A stretch of DNA of 63,109 nucleotides, the filler included, from Globobulimina sp. (Eukaryota), in NCBI GenBank assembly GCA_003354225.1. It is 46 parts of 46 records of this genome, joined end to end, with 100 filler letters (N's around TTAATTAATTAA, not from the genome) between each part and the next. Parts side by side here need not be neighbours in the genome. Positions count along the whole stretch, not along the records: positions 1 to 1,275 come from PIVH01019613.1; positions 1,376 to 2,650 come from PIVH01019614.1; positions 2,751 to 4,025 come from PIVH01019615.1; positions 4,126 to 5,400 come from PIVH01019616.1; positions 5,501 to 6,775 come from PIVH01019617.1; positions 6,876 to 8,150 come from PIVH01019618.1; positions 8,251 to 9,525 come from PIVH01019619.1; positions 9,626 to 10,900 come from PIVH01019620.1; 38 more parts are not named here. One strand, 5' to 3'. Position 1 is the first letter of the stretch. The number at the start of each line of letters is the position of its first letter. The translations under genes were made by a program, and so were the position numbers. Below are positions 1 to 10,718 of the stretch, piece by piece. The notes under the pieces are model-generated. The model saw nothing but the letters and a program-made list of their open reading frames with translations, made no database searches and was not told the DNA's origin.

Positions 1-175
1 ATTCCAATTTCTACAATTATTCACAATCCAAATAGGTGAACCCTTTCGAAAATCGTAATAGAAATTCAACAAAAAAAAGGGTAGATGGTATCGAAAATGG
101 TAATATTAGTATATACTATATATTTTACATAATCACCTCAAACATTGCAAAGTAAACTAAATTGTGATTCAAACG

Positions 176-1000
176 CTATCCTTTGATTTTAGTTTTATTT
201 CTTTGATCTTTTGTATTTTTTTGATCTTTTGGATTTCTTTGATTTTTTTCCTTTTGTTTTTGACTGCGAATTCCAGCAATTTTTTTTGCAAAATGTGCAT
301 TCTTTGGCGGAGGCCTTGGTTTTCCATTATCGATTCTGGCGATCACTGTGGTTTCATCATAATGCACATAAATACTTTGCTGCCCTTCATCCAATCTGTA
401 AATTATATCTTTTCGCAATTTGTCAACGTGTCTTTTTTTTTTATCAATGTCATAATAAAATTTCAATAATGTTTGTTGTTTTTCTTCTGTTTTGCTGTCG
501 TCGTCCTCGACATCGTGGAGTTGGACAATACACAACAAAATCACCACTGTGCCATCGAATTCTGCCGAAATCTCATCTTTTGTGATATGTTGGAGCTGCA
601 GTTTGATCTCTTTGTGTGTTTTCTGATGAATGATTGAATAATTACCCTTTTGAAGAATTTGTGAAAGTATGTCATTGTCATTGTCTTTTTCATCAAAGAT
701 GTCAGAATTTGTGCCAGCACCGCCGGGTTTTGCTGATATAATAATGATATATGGATTTTGTATGCCGTCGGGATTTTCTTTGCCATCGGCGGATTTTGCA
801 TGTTCTAATGCGACGTCTAATTCATAATAATTCAAATTTATATCCTTATTTTTCAAATAACAATGTATTACAATTTCATTTACTGCAAAATTGCATGTTA
901 CATAACATACCTCTAATTTATCAAAAGCTTCCTTAGTGACTGGAACATCTTTCTTTGTTTTGTCCGGTGTCGGGGCGGGTTTTGTGTTGTTATTGCCCAT
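176..1000 (-). CDS. Hypothetical protein, possible N-myristoylation (MGNNNTK), basic C-terminus
   Basis: Long ORF; ATG at 1000 gives an MG start; no family recognised. Confidence 0.4.
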   Translation of the reverse strand: MGNNNTKPAPTPDKTKKDVPVTKEAFDKLEVCYVTCNFAVNEIVIHCYLKNKDINLNYYELDVALEHAKSADGKENPDGIQNPYIIIISAKPGGAGTNSDIFDEKDNDNDILSQILQKGNYSIIHQKTHKEIKLQLQHITKDEISAEFDGTVVILLCIVQLHDVEDDDSKTEEKQQTLLKFYYDIDKKKRHVDKLRKDIIYRLDEGQQSIYVHYDETTVIARIDNGKPRPPPKNAHFAKKIAGIRSQKQKEKNQRNPKDQKNTKDQRNKTKIKG

Positions 1001-1275
1001 TCTTGGCAGTACTAAAGATACTGAAAACACTTATTGTAAGCCCTCAATCCTTGCAGCTTGCCATGAAGAAAAGTTCTGTCTCTGCTCTGCATCTGTGTCG
1101 ATTACTTGATTCTACTCCCAAAATGAGCAATAATGCACATAATAAGTCATAGTCTTGCAGACGAGATACTTCAAGAATGATCGCTCTCAGAAACATACTT
1201 CGTGGCTGCATGCGCACCAGGAGCGAAGAACTGACAACAGTTTCATTTTGTGCATTTACCTGGTCTTTCGTATTC

Positions 1276-1375
1276 NNNNNNNNNNNNNNNNNNNNNNNNN
1301 NNNNNNNNNNNNNNNNNNNTTAATTAATTAANNNNNNNNNNNNNNNNNNNNNNNNNNNNNNNNNNNNNNNNNNNN
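1276..1375. other. Artificial contig linker (first of 45 identical copies, about every 1374 nt)
   Basis: 44 N + TTAATTAATTAA (stops in all six frames) + 44 N; flanking contigs decrease from 1275 to 1273 bp. Confidence 0.99.
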
Positions 1376-1382
1376 ATTTAAT

Positions 1383-1787
1383 TTAATTTCCTCTTAATCG
1401 TTTTGCCAAAGCAATATCTTTTCCCATAATAGTAACGCGTTTGGCGTGGATTGCGGCCAAATTGGTATCTTCAAACATTGACACCATATATGCCTCGGTG
1501 GCTTCTTGCAATGCAATGATGGCAGTTGCTTGAAAGCGCAAATCATTTTTGAAATCACCAGCAATCTCTCTCACCAATCTCTGAAATGGCAATTTTCTCA
1601 ATAACAATTCCGTTGATTTCTGATATCTGCGGATCTCTCTCAAAGCAACGGTTCCTGGCCGGAATCTATGTGTTTTCTTAACTCCTCCGGTTGCTGGCGC
1701 CGATTTTCTGGCTGCTTTGGTTGCTAACTGTTTTCTTGGTGCTTTACCACCAGTGGATTTTCGCGCTGTTTGTTTGGTTCTGGCCAT
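1383..1787 (-). CDS. H3: Histone H3 (134 aa, intronless)
   Basis: [38 protein letters not shown]...[16 protein letters not shown]; true ATG at 1787. Confidence 0.98.
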   Translation of the reverse strand: MARTKQTARKSTGGKAPRKQLATKAARKSAPATGGVKKTHRFRPGTVALREIRRYQKSTELLLRKLPFQRLVREIAGDFKNDLRFQATAIIALQEATEAYMVSMFEDTNLAAIHAKRVTIMGKDIALAKRLRGN

Positions 1788-2238
1788 TGTATATATCAAC
1801 AATTAATAAATTATTAAAGCGAAGGTGAAGGTTTGTTGTTGATTTGATTTGATTTGGTGAAGGTTTGATCGTTTGTTGTTGTTGAGAAGCTAAAAAATCG
1901 ATTCAGTTTTCCTTTTCACGCAGATATTCTCCATTAAAAATTATTGGCTATTCACAATACATCCACAATATTCACAATATTCACAGAAAAATAATATGTT
2001 TAAAATTTGCAAATGTTGAATGACGTCATTTTATTCTATTCTGTTCATGTGAGCGATATCGATGAATATAAGTTTGGATCGATTATAGCATTTATCCGAT
2101 CCATTTATCGCTACTTAATTAAGATGAATGACTCATGCCTTGGTTTGTGATTAAATTGTTTCTGATGTTTGAAGTGTGACTTAAATAAACAATATATTAC
2201 ATTTTACTGGATTGTATGACATTTATTGCTTTATTGGT

Positions 2239-2254
2239 GGTGTTGAAAAACACC
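2239..2254 (-). promoter_or_regulatory. Histone mRNA 3' stem-loop-like element, followed by AATAAA
   Basis: Minus strand GGTGTT-TTTC-AACACC then ACCAATAAA, 51 nt after the H2B stop; 6-bp stem, UUUC loop, ACCA 3' flank. Confidence 0.75.
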
Positions 2255-2305
2255 TGGTAAAAAATAAAAAAAAGTAATTAATTAATTTATTGATTTATTG
2301 TGCAT

Positions 2306-2632
2306 TTATTGTGCATATTTGTTGACTGCTTTGCTTGCCTCAGTTTCAGCATGTTTTGATAGCTCGCCTGGTAATACTAATTTGCACGCACATTGAACTG
2401 CTCTTGCGTCCATTGTGGCTTTTTTATTGTATTTGACAATATTGGCTGCTTCGGCTGCGATCCGATCAAATGTGTCATGCACAAATCCGTTCATTACGTT
2501 CATGGCTCTTTTACTCATTCCAATGTCTGGATGCACCTGTTTCAAAACCTTAAAAATATAAATGTTGAATGTCTCTTTTCTTTTTCTGTTATATTTTCTG
2601 CCTGCTGCGGGTGCTGCTGTTTTGGCCGACAT
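2306..2632 (-). CDS. H2B: Histone H2B (108 aa), directly upstream of H3 on the same strand
   Basis: RKRKETFNIYIFKVLKQVHPDIGMSKRAM...LVLPGELSKHAETEASKAVNKY. Confidence 0.96.
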   Translation of the reverse strand: MSAKTAAPAAGRKYNRKRKETFNIYIFKVLKQVHPDIGMSKRAMNVMNGFVHDTFDRIAAEAANIVKYNKKATMDARAVQCACKLVLPGELSKHAETEASKAVNKYAQ

Positions 2633-2781
2633 TCTTAATTGCAATGTTTTNNNNNNNNNNNNNNNNNNNNNNNNNNNNNNNNNNNNNNNNNNNNTTAATT
2701 AATTAANNNNNNNNNNNNNNNNNNNNNNNNNNNNNNNNNNNNNNNNNNNNTAATTATAATTATTTTTAATCACTAAAATGT

Positions 2782-4025
2782 CTATTTATATAATGAGTGT
2801 TGCGCATGGGATTTGCGTCTTATCTTAATTTTAGAAGTGAATGTTCCATCCTTTCTGTTGCCAGCCTCCGATTGAAATTGAATACTATTCGACTTCTGCT
2901 GTGAATCAAACTGAATAAAATGTTGCCGACAATTCTGTTGTCTTAATATAGCATCATTAATTTCTGCGGTTGTATCCGGAATGATATATCTTATGATTAA
3001 TATACAAAACAACAGCAACATTGTAATGACAAAAAATAGTACAAGCAAATATCTCTTATCATCGCCCACCAAATCTTTGGCCAATCGAGTTCGCCACGTC
3101 CATAATGCCATATTATTATAAATTGCAAACACATTAAATGAGCTCAACACTAATTTCCAAATTCCAATGCCATGACTTGCCATCGGAACCGGTCTTTGCC
3201 CAGTAATCAGATTATAAAAATCCACTCTTATTTCAAAATAATTATTAACAATACACAGTAACGGCATGACTGGGAACACAATCACAAATAACATAATATA
3301 TCCATGAAGCACCACAATCTCCGCAGTGTTATCCAGTACATCCGGACTGACATGCTTTACAATTTGAGTCTCAATGTCCGAATACAACATATTTAAAGAT
3401 AACTTATCATGCCTTGTTTTAATGTAATATGCTTCATTCAGCTCACGCAATTCCTCATTCTTTTTGATCTGTGCTCCTAATGAAAATTCAGTTTGTTTAT
3501 GTTCTTCAACGTCTAATTTTATATAATTGGAAACATTGCTGTTCGCCATAGAATTATAACTTTTCTTGTCGAGCTCTGCTTTTTCTTTCAATTTCTCATA
3601 TTTTCGCAATTCTCTCCGTAAACAATATTGCTGACAATACACAGTGAGCCATTCAACAAGTTTTGGTACCAATATCTCTGCAGAATTTTGAATAACAATG
3701 GCCGACACAAATAAAGTCACCAACTGAATGCGCAATGCTTCCAAGCGCAACTTATCAGACTCAAAAGCATCCCAATACGCAATGAAAAATAAGGAATTGA
3801 ATGAATTAAAAATGATAAAGAAGATTCTTTTGACAACTAAATTATTATAATAATGGATTTCTAAGCGGTGTCCTTCAAAGTCATTCAAAGCAAATGCTAA
3901 TTTGGTATAAATCGCATTCATTATTTGGATCTGGATGGCGTTGACCACTCCAAATGCGACAGAATAAATAGTATCCTCTGAATATCGTTGGCGTGCAATC
4001 CGTATGGCGGTCACAGCTGCGACGA
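2782..4025 (-). CDS. Anoctamin/TMEM16 family protein, C-terminal part
   Basis: EIVVLHGYIMLFVIVFPVMPLLCIVNNYFEIRVD...QRPVP...GIGIW; FNSLFFIAY; multiple TM segments. Confidence 0.88.
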
Positions 4026-4127
4026 NNNNNNNNNNNNNNNNNNNNNNNNNNNNNNNNNNNNNNNNNNNNTTAATTAATTAANNNNNNNNNNNNNNNNNNN
4101 NNNNNNNNNNNNNNNNNNNNNNNNNAA

Positions 4128-4880
4128 GCAAATGCATATATGAATGATGTTGAAAACGGAGCATGGACTTCTTTATCTGCTGGAATAACCAGCGAGGCGA
4201 GATTCTATCTGCCAACAACAACAGTTACTTCATTTGATGTGGTATCTAATAATGTTGTGGATGAACATATAGCAGGAACAGGAGCGAGAAGTATTATGGT
4301 ATTTTGGGAAGATGTAGATAAGAATGTAAATAGTACAGAGGTTGATATGAATGGAACAACTGTTGTCAGTATAGTCGGCGCAACTGGATTCTTCAGATTC
4401 GTTAAAGCGAGAGTAATTGATACAGGTTCATTAAATAGAAATCAAGGAAATATATATATCTACGAAACAGGAACGGACAATTTGTATGGGGTTATAAGTA
4501 ATGGATGCAACAGGAATAGTGAGATGTCAATGTATATTCCACCAGATCATATATTCTATCCAAAGAATCTTTCATGCAATTGTTTTATAGAAGCTGAAGA
4601 TATTGTAAGAATTAAGATAGAAGCAAAAGGAGCTGACACGGACATTTGGACAAGACTCTACATATTTAATTTCTTTAATGAAGATACTCACACACTATCG
4701 TGGAACTTTCAAGCAGATCAGTTCAGCGCCAAATCTGTTACTGGAATTGACAACTATTCACATGGATTGGATATAAGAGCCGTAGTTAGTAAAACAATAG
4801 TTCTTGGTGCTGGAGGCGACGCAGATGTAGTTATGAATCTGGGAGGATTCTATATGGCAGAGTCAATGCCGCCTCCGTAA
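4128..4880 (+). CDS. Hypothetical beta-rich protein, phage/virus-like, 5' partial
   Basis: GTGARSI...EVDMNGTTVV...ARVIDTGS..NQGNI resembles a pattern I associate with uncharacterised viral proteins; intronless; 29-nt AT-only spacer to the next ORF. Confidence 0.45.
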   Translation, partial: ANAYMNDVENGAWTSLSAGITSEARFYLPTTTVTSFDVVSNNVVDEHIAGTGARSIMVFWEDVDKNVNSTEVDMNGTTVVSIVGATGFFRFVKARVIDTGSLNRNQGNIYIYETGTDNLYGVISNGCNRNSEMSMYIPPDHIFYPKNLSCNCFIEAEDIVRIKIEAKGADTDIWTRLYIFNFFNEDTHTLSWNFQADQFSAKSVTGIDNYSHGLDIRAVVSKTIVLGAGGDADVVMNLGGFYMAESMPPP

Positions 4881-4909
4881 ATTAAAAATATAAATATATA
4901 ATATAAATA

Positions 4910-5400
4910 ATGTCAAATCTCGGAGTTATAGCAAATATAATGAAGGTCCCAACAAAAGTTGGACCATCTACCACAAACAATTCCTTAAACAATTCAATCG
5001 CCGTTGGTGAAACATTACTTGCTGGTCTTTCCGCGGTTTTAGCATATATTCACAAAAAAGGCGGTAAAGGTCGTAAGCAATCTGGTGGTGCCAAAATTAC
5101 AAAACAAATTATGGGTAAACATATGATAGCTATATTTAATAAATCATTAATGAAACATAGAAAAGGAAGAGGGATGTCAGATGATCCTCAACCAATCACA
5201 AGTATTGAACATTTAAAAACACATATTAGAAAAGAAAAACCTGTAACTTTTCAAGAGTTATTTGGTACCAAATATATAGAAATTGGACAAAAATTAATTG
5301 AAGAAATTTCTAAATTTCATCTGCAAGTAGATGCTCATTTTGAAATGACTAAAAAAGAAGAACAACAAGAAGGTAATGGTCTTTTAGCTAATATTGGGAA
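4910..5400 (+). CDS. Basic hypothetical protein with GG/GxG motifs, virus/Polinton-like, 3' partial
   Basis: KKGGKGRKQSGGA, KGRGM and QEGNGLL motifs. Confidence 0.4.
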
Positions 5401-6033
5401 NNNNNNNNNNNNNNNNNNNNNNNNNNNNNNNNNNNNNNNNNNNNTTAATTAATTAANNNNNNNNNNNNNNNNNNNNNNNNNNNNNNNNNNNNNNNNNNNN
5501 TCTTTTGTATCGATAAATATTAAAATGTTAAGGTCGGTAATACCAACTTGTTCCAATTTGTTGTAAAGACCCGCCACCGCTCCTAATTGTTGCGACACAA
5601 ATTCTTTCAGGGTTGGTCTATTCAAAAGTGACGACGCATTATGCTCACCACTCCCTTCATCCGTATTAACCTGCATCTTACTTTGCTTACTTTAATGTTT
5701 TAAATACTTTTTATTGTGAAAACGAGCCAAAGCATGGCCGCGTCAAAAACAAACGAGCAAAAGATCCAAGAAGATGTGTTATTAATGAAACAAGAATCCA
5801 ATCCTACGATACTTTTATCCACCAACTTCTCAACATGGTTTGTATACAAATATATTTCTGTATTTTTTAATTGGATATTTGAAGGCACGGATGAAAATAG
5901 ATTGAATTGAATCAAATGGATTCGTACCAGTCGATCACAAAAGAAGTGTTTAGAAGTGTGTAGAAGTGTGAACCTAAAAAGTCAAATGTTTCGCTAAACA
6001 AATGACAAACAAACACATTTAAATTAAAAAGTC

Positions 6034-6774
6034 TTACTCCAATTGAACATGTTGTGTACAGTCCTCAAAAGTAAGTAATTCGTCACTCATCTGCCAACAT
6101 TGAAGGATATTATTGTCCGCAACGGACGCTATAACCCACGGATCATTTGCATTCCACGCAAAATCACTCACTTTATCCGTATGCCCGCCGTGCACAAACA
6201 TCAATTCAGGCGGTCCATCTTCCGCTTCATCCGAGGGTTGTTCGTGTCCGATTTGACTCAAATCCCAAATCATACATCTCCGATCTGACGATGACGACGC
6301 AAAATGAACTTCGCTATGCGGACTCCATCCGACCCTATAAATCGCCTCCGAGTGCGCCTCCATTTGATGCAATTTGCTGTTTATATTCCTCTTATCCCAC
6401 AATGCAATGTTATTATCACTGCCTCCCGTCACAAATAAATATTCATTAAACGGCGAAAACTCCACACGATTCCCCTATTCTTTGTGCGCCTCTTTTTTGA
6501 TTGCCATTGGCTTCTTGTTATTATTTCTCAAATCCCATAACATGATACATTTATCACTCCCAACACTCGCAAATATGTCACCACTCTTTTTATGCCAATC
6601 AATGTCCTCAACTCTGCCGATATGTTTTTTGAAGACGGACAACGGCGATTTCTCACAAACACTTTTCTTTTTATTGTTATTGTTATGTTTGCTGTTTATA
6701 TCCCAAATGCATATCAGTCCGTCGTCGGAGGAGGATAATAAATAACCCTTTTTATACTTATTCCATTCTAAGCC
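6034..6774 (-). CDS. WD40 histone chaperone RBBP4/MSI1 (CAF-1 p48) homologue, 5' partial, with one in-frame TAG
   Basis: EQPSDEAEDGPPELMFVHGGHTDKVSDFAWNANDPWVIASVADNNILQCWQM; the same frame continues upstream (LLSSSDDGLICIWDI, VEDIDWH, IFASVGSD) across TAG at 6475-6477. Confidence 0.9.
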
Positions 6775-8439
6775 ANNNNNNNNNNNNNNNNNNNNNNNNN
6801 NNNNNNNNNNNNNNNNNNNTTAATTAATTAANNNNNNNNNNNNNNNNNNNNNNNNNNNNNNNNNNNNNNNNNNNNAATAATAGATGTAATGGATGATGAT
6901 GGGGATAAATGGGATCGTGAACTGATAACTGCATTGGTCGAAAGACTGGATGAAGAGCAGGATGAAGACCAAGATGAAGAGTATTGAAGACCAACAATGA
7001 ACTGATGTAGTGTCACTTGTAGTATTATTTAAAGTAGCTTTGTTTCGCAAGTTATCAAAGGAAATTTTGATACTGCATTACTAGTACTTGCTAGCTCTAG
7101 TAATGAACCATCTTCACTAAAACCCGCTGTGTTTCTACATGACGTCGTTACTACTGCTGATTGTCTGTGGTTTATGCATGTTAACATTATCTGTATCCAA
7201 CAATTTAGAGACCTGCATTCCAAACGAGATAGTATTCCTTTGTATTCGGTTAAACTCTGTAACTGATTTATCATATTCTACAGCACATCGTATATATGCA
7301 TCAGCATCACTGTCATACATTGATCCATTTACATCCTACCCATCCAAGATATAAACTCCAAAACCACCACATCGACTACGGTCAATAACATAGCTTTAAT
7401 TACTTGTGTGCCCACTTTACAAATAAACATACCATCCATCACTGAATATTCAGTTACATTGAAAAACCGTGATGACAACGACAGAACCATTGGTATTATA
7501 ACCATTCCCGACCTGACTGATAACCAACAATTCAATATCAGCAATATCAAAGCAAATGAGTCTCCATTAGATATAATATTATCTGATAATACGTATTTTG
7601 TTTCCAATGTTATTGCATCCTCTGTCTCTGCCATAATAACAGAGACTGCTTCAGCTTTACATAATGATTTTAATACTGCTTTACATACAGAGACTTTTGC
7701 AAGTTTCATGATGATTTTAATTAAGGAAAAAGTGAACAACACGATAACAATATTAACAACACGATAAAATGATTAATGATTTTTGTATATGTGGGACGTT
7801 TTTGCTTTACAAATTTGATGAATAATTATATAATAAGTATATATATATATACATATCAATGAAATTTCTACATTTTTATCAGATAATGATACACCTGCTT
7901 GATATCATATGCTTTCTCAAAATTATTGGAGTTATATGAATATGATAATGTTAATTCATTAATCAACTTTCATTCCAATAACATCATTTGCACGACAATA
8001 CCACCCATATACCACTCTTTTATCTGTCAATCGTTGACCTGTTTGGTTTCCCAAATTACCAAACTCCCAACAATAACTTTGTCCTTTTCTATAATTGATA
8101 CCGTTCTTGATTGTAAGTGATGTGTTTGTTTTATGAATACCAATTTTATCNNNNNNNNNNNNNNNNNNNNNNNNNNNNNNNNNNNNNNNNNNNNTTAATT
8201 AATTAANNNNNNNNNNNNNNNNNNNNNNNNNNNNNNNNNNNNNNNNNNNNTGATGCCATATTCGTTTAATTTTTGTCGGAGACGTCCACCAGAACCAAGC
8301 AGGCTGCAAAGCAGTCAAGTATTAGTTTAAAAATAAAACTGGAGTTAGTAAAAATAAACTTGAAAAACTAAACTTCCCACACCATTTTCTGTTCATTCCA
8401 ACTCCCATTTTTCTATATAGCACACGTACACTCGCCTTT

Positions 8440-9525
8440 ATGAGTGATATTAGTTCATTGCAAAGTTTAGTGAGTTCAATAAATGGCGTGCAACAAAAGT
8501 TAGAGGCAACACGTTTAAGTATATTATTTCATTCAGAAAGTAATGATCCGACGTTGTCAGAGTTCCATGCAACATTTAATAAATTAATGAATAAATTCTC
8601 TGCATTCGCTGAGTGCAGATTTGAATTAGATCAATTTCATCAATTATTATTAAACAATATTGAAATGTTGAAATTAAAAGAATTACAAGAAAAAAATGAA
8701 AGAGAACGTTTAGCGATTTTAGATAAATTAGAGACAATCAGTAATAACAACAATGAAATTGTTGATAATTTGGCAGAAATTGATAATTGTTCATCTGCAT
8801 CGATTAAATACAAAGAGAATAATTCACGTTCACCCACTCCAACACTGGTTATCCCGAAATGTAACCAAAATATCAAAAAAGCAGTTAAAAGTGCACCACG
8901 CAAAAGCGCAAAGCCAAATAAACCCAAAACTGTAAAAACTGTAAAAACAATAAAAACAACTGCAGTTAAAAAAACTGTAAACAAAACGGTAAAAAAAATT
9001 GTAAATGTAACAGTAAATGATGATAATAAGAGTAATAAAGCATATATGGATCAGCCATATGAATATAATCCAAATACAGCAAATTGGAGATTTGATGGCA
9101 TTACAAAGTCCTCCACGAAAATATTTGTAGGCAATTTACCAGCTACTATTACTAGGGGGAAATTAGAATATTTTATTCGTAGACGATTTAATATGAATAA
9201 TATGAATCAGTCGCAAGATATTCTCGAGACACAGATAAGAAAAGGTGGTCGTAGCGGTGCAGTGTATGCCTTGGTGCGTTTTAGCGGCAATGTGGGCCTC
9301 AATAAAATTAGAAAAAGTATGGCTAAAATTAATGCAGAAAATGAAGAGATTAAAGAGAATAAGAAGAAATATGACGTGATTAGTTGGAAGAAACGAGTGT
9401 TTTTAAAGTTTAATCGCAATTTTCGTGTGTATGAGAATGAAGAGGCAATGTATAATGATCGCCTTGCGGATCATACGTTATTTATTCGTAATTTTGATAT
9501 TTTGGATGAGAACTGTCATTATGAA
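8440..9525 (+). CDS. RRM-containing RNA-binding protein, 3' partial
   Basis: RNP2-like KIFVGNLP and RNP1-like VYALVRF; a second TLFIRNF; N-terminal coiled coil and K-rich linker. Confidence 0.7.
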
Positions 9526-9626
9526 NNNNNNNNNNNNNNNNNNNNNNNNNNNNNNNNNNNNNNNNNNNNTTAATTAATTAANNNNNNNNNNNNNNNNNNN
9601 NNNNNNNNNNNNNNNNNNNNNNNNNC

Positions 9627-9956
9627 TTGTTAGGACTTGCCAATGGGACATTACCGATGGACAATTATGCACAATTTATGGTGGACGATATTGTGTATTT
9701 AGGACATGGATCAGAAACTTGGCAACGTACCGCAAAACAAGCCAAACAACAAAATAAATTTGATATTCAACAATATTGTGAATCAAGAAGCAAATCATGG
9801 CAAAGTTATGCCCAATCATTGTGTAATAAATATTATGTGAAACCAAAGGGTATTGTGGTTTGTGATGAATTAAATGAATATTTAGAGTATGAATCATATG
9901 TTACCAATAAGTATCAGCAGCTATTTCGTGATGTTACGTTCGTGATTTTGCTGTGA
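9627..9956 (+). CDS. TenA/THI-4 (thiaminase II-like) fragment
   Basis: LANGTLPMDNYAQFMVDDIVYL matches the TenA N-terminal GTL...F...D..YL pattern; similarity appears to end near 9915. Confidence 0.6.
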   Translation: MLGLANGTLPMDNYAQFMVDDIVYLGHGSETWQRTAKQAKQQNKFDIQQYCESRSKSWQSYAQSLCNKYYVKPKGIVVCDELNEYLEYESYVTNKYQQLFRDVTFVILL

Positions 9957-10034
9957 TTTTCGCGAAAGTGATGTGATTTCGTTTTCGTGATTTAGTGTGA
10001 TTTTCGCAAAACTTTTCTACCTACTACTAACCAA

Positions 10035-10718
10035 ACTTGCCTCCAAACACACCATTTTCCCCACAGAAAGTCCTAAATCTATGTCTAGATTAACAAGCAA
10101 CACCAATGACTTTCAAAAAATAAACATTCCACAATTAAAGGTCATTAAAGAGGAGGATTTTACAGTTGAAGCATTTATTAAACAACACAAAATAAAACGT
10201 AAGGAGAGAATTAAATCATTTAAACCAATTAAAATATCATATGGACAAAAACAAAAACTAACAACAGAAGTAAAAGTGTATCAAATTAAATTGCAGGGGA
10301 GATTAAAATATAAATTCCTTACAACTTTGAAAAAATATAATGAAAATATCAATTTATATTCACGGAATGTAATGACAATTCATTTAGGACAATTATGTAT
10401 GGATGATGATGATATTGAATGGGTTGCTGAGTATATGCAAATAATTCAAACTATGATAAAAGATGATATTAAAGAAATGAAAAAAAAAAGAAAAATTATT
10501 AAAAGAAGCGCTGAGGACATTGACGCAAAATATAACGCAGTATTTAGCCATCGGTGGATTGATTGATTTTGACAAATGTTATTTTTTTAGCAATCGGTGG
10601 ATTTGTTTTTATTTAATGTTGTTGCACTTGTTGCTTGTGCTCATGAATGTGTTGATGAAATGTGACTACTTCACTTCAACTTAACATCACTTGCCTCCAA
10701 ACACACCATTTTCCCCAC
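10035..10718 (+). repeat. 30-bp perfect direct repeat (10035-10064 and 10689-10718)
   Basis: ACTTGCCTCCAAACACACCATTTTCCCCAC occurs twice, each followed by AAAGTC(C/G)TAA. Confidence 0.9.
10081..10566 (+). CDS. Hypothetical lysine-rich protein
   Basis: ATG-started ORF lying between the two repeat copies. Confidence 0.4.
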   Translation: MSRLTSNTNDFQKINIPQLKVIKEEDFTVEAFIKQHKIKRKERIKSFKPIKISYGQKQKLTTEVKVYQIKLQGRLKYKFLTTLKKYNENINLYSRNVMTIHLGQLCMDDDDIEWVAEYMQIIQTMIKDDIKEMKKKRKIIKRSAEDIDAKYNAVFSHRWID

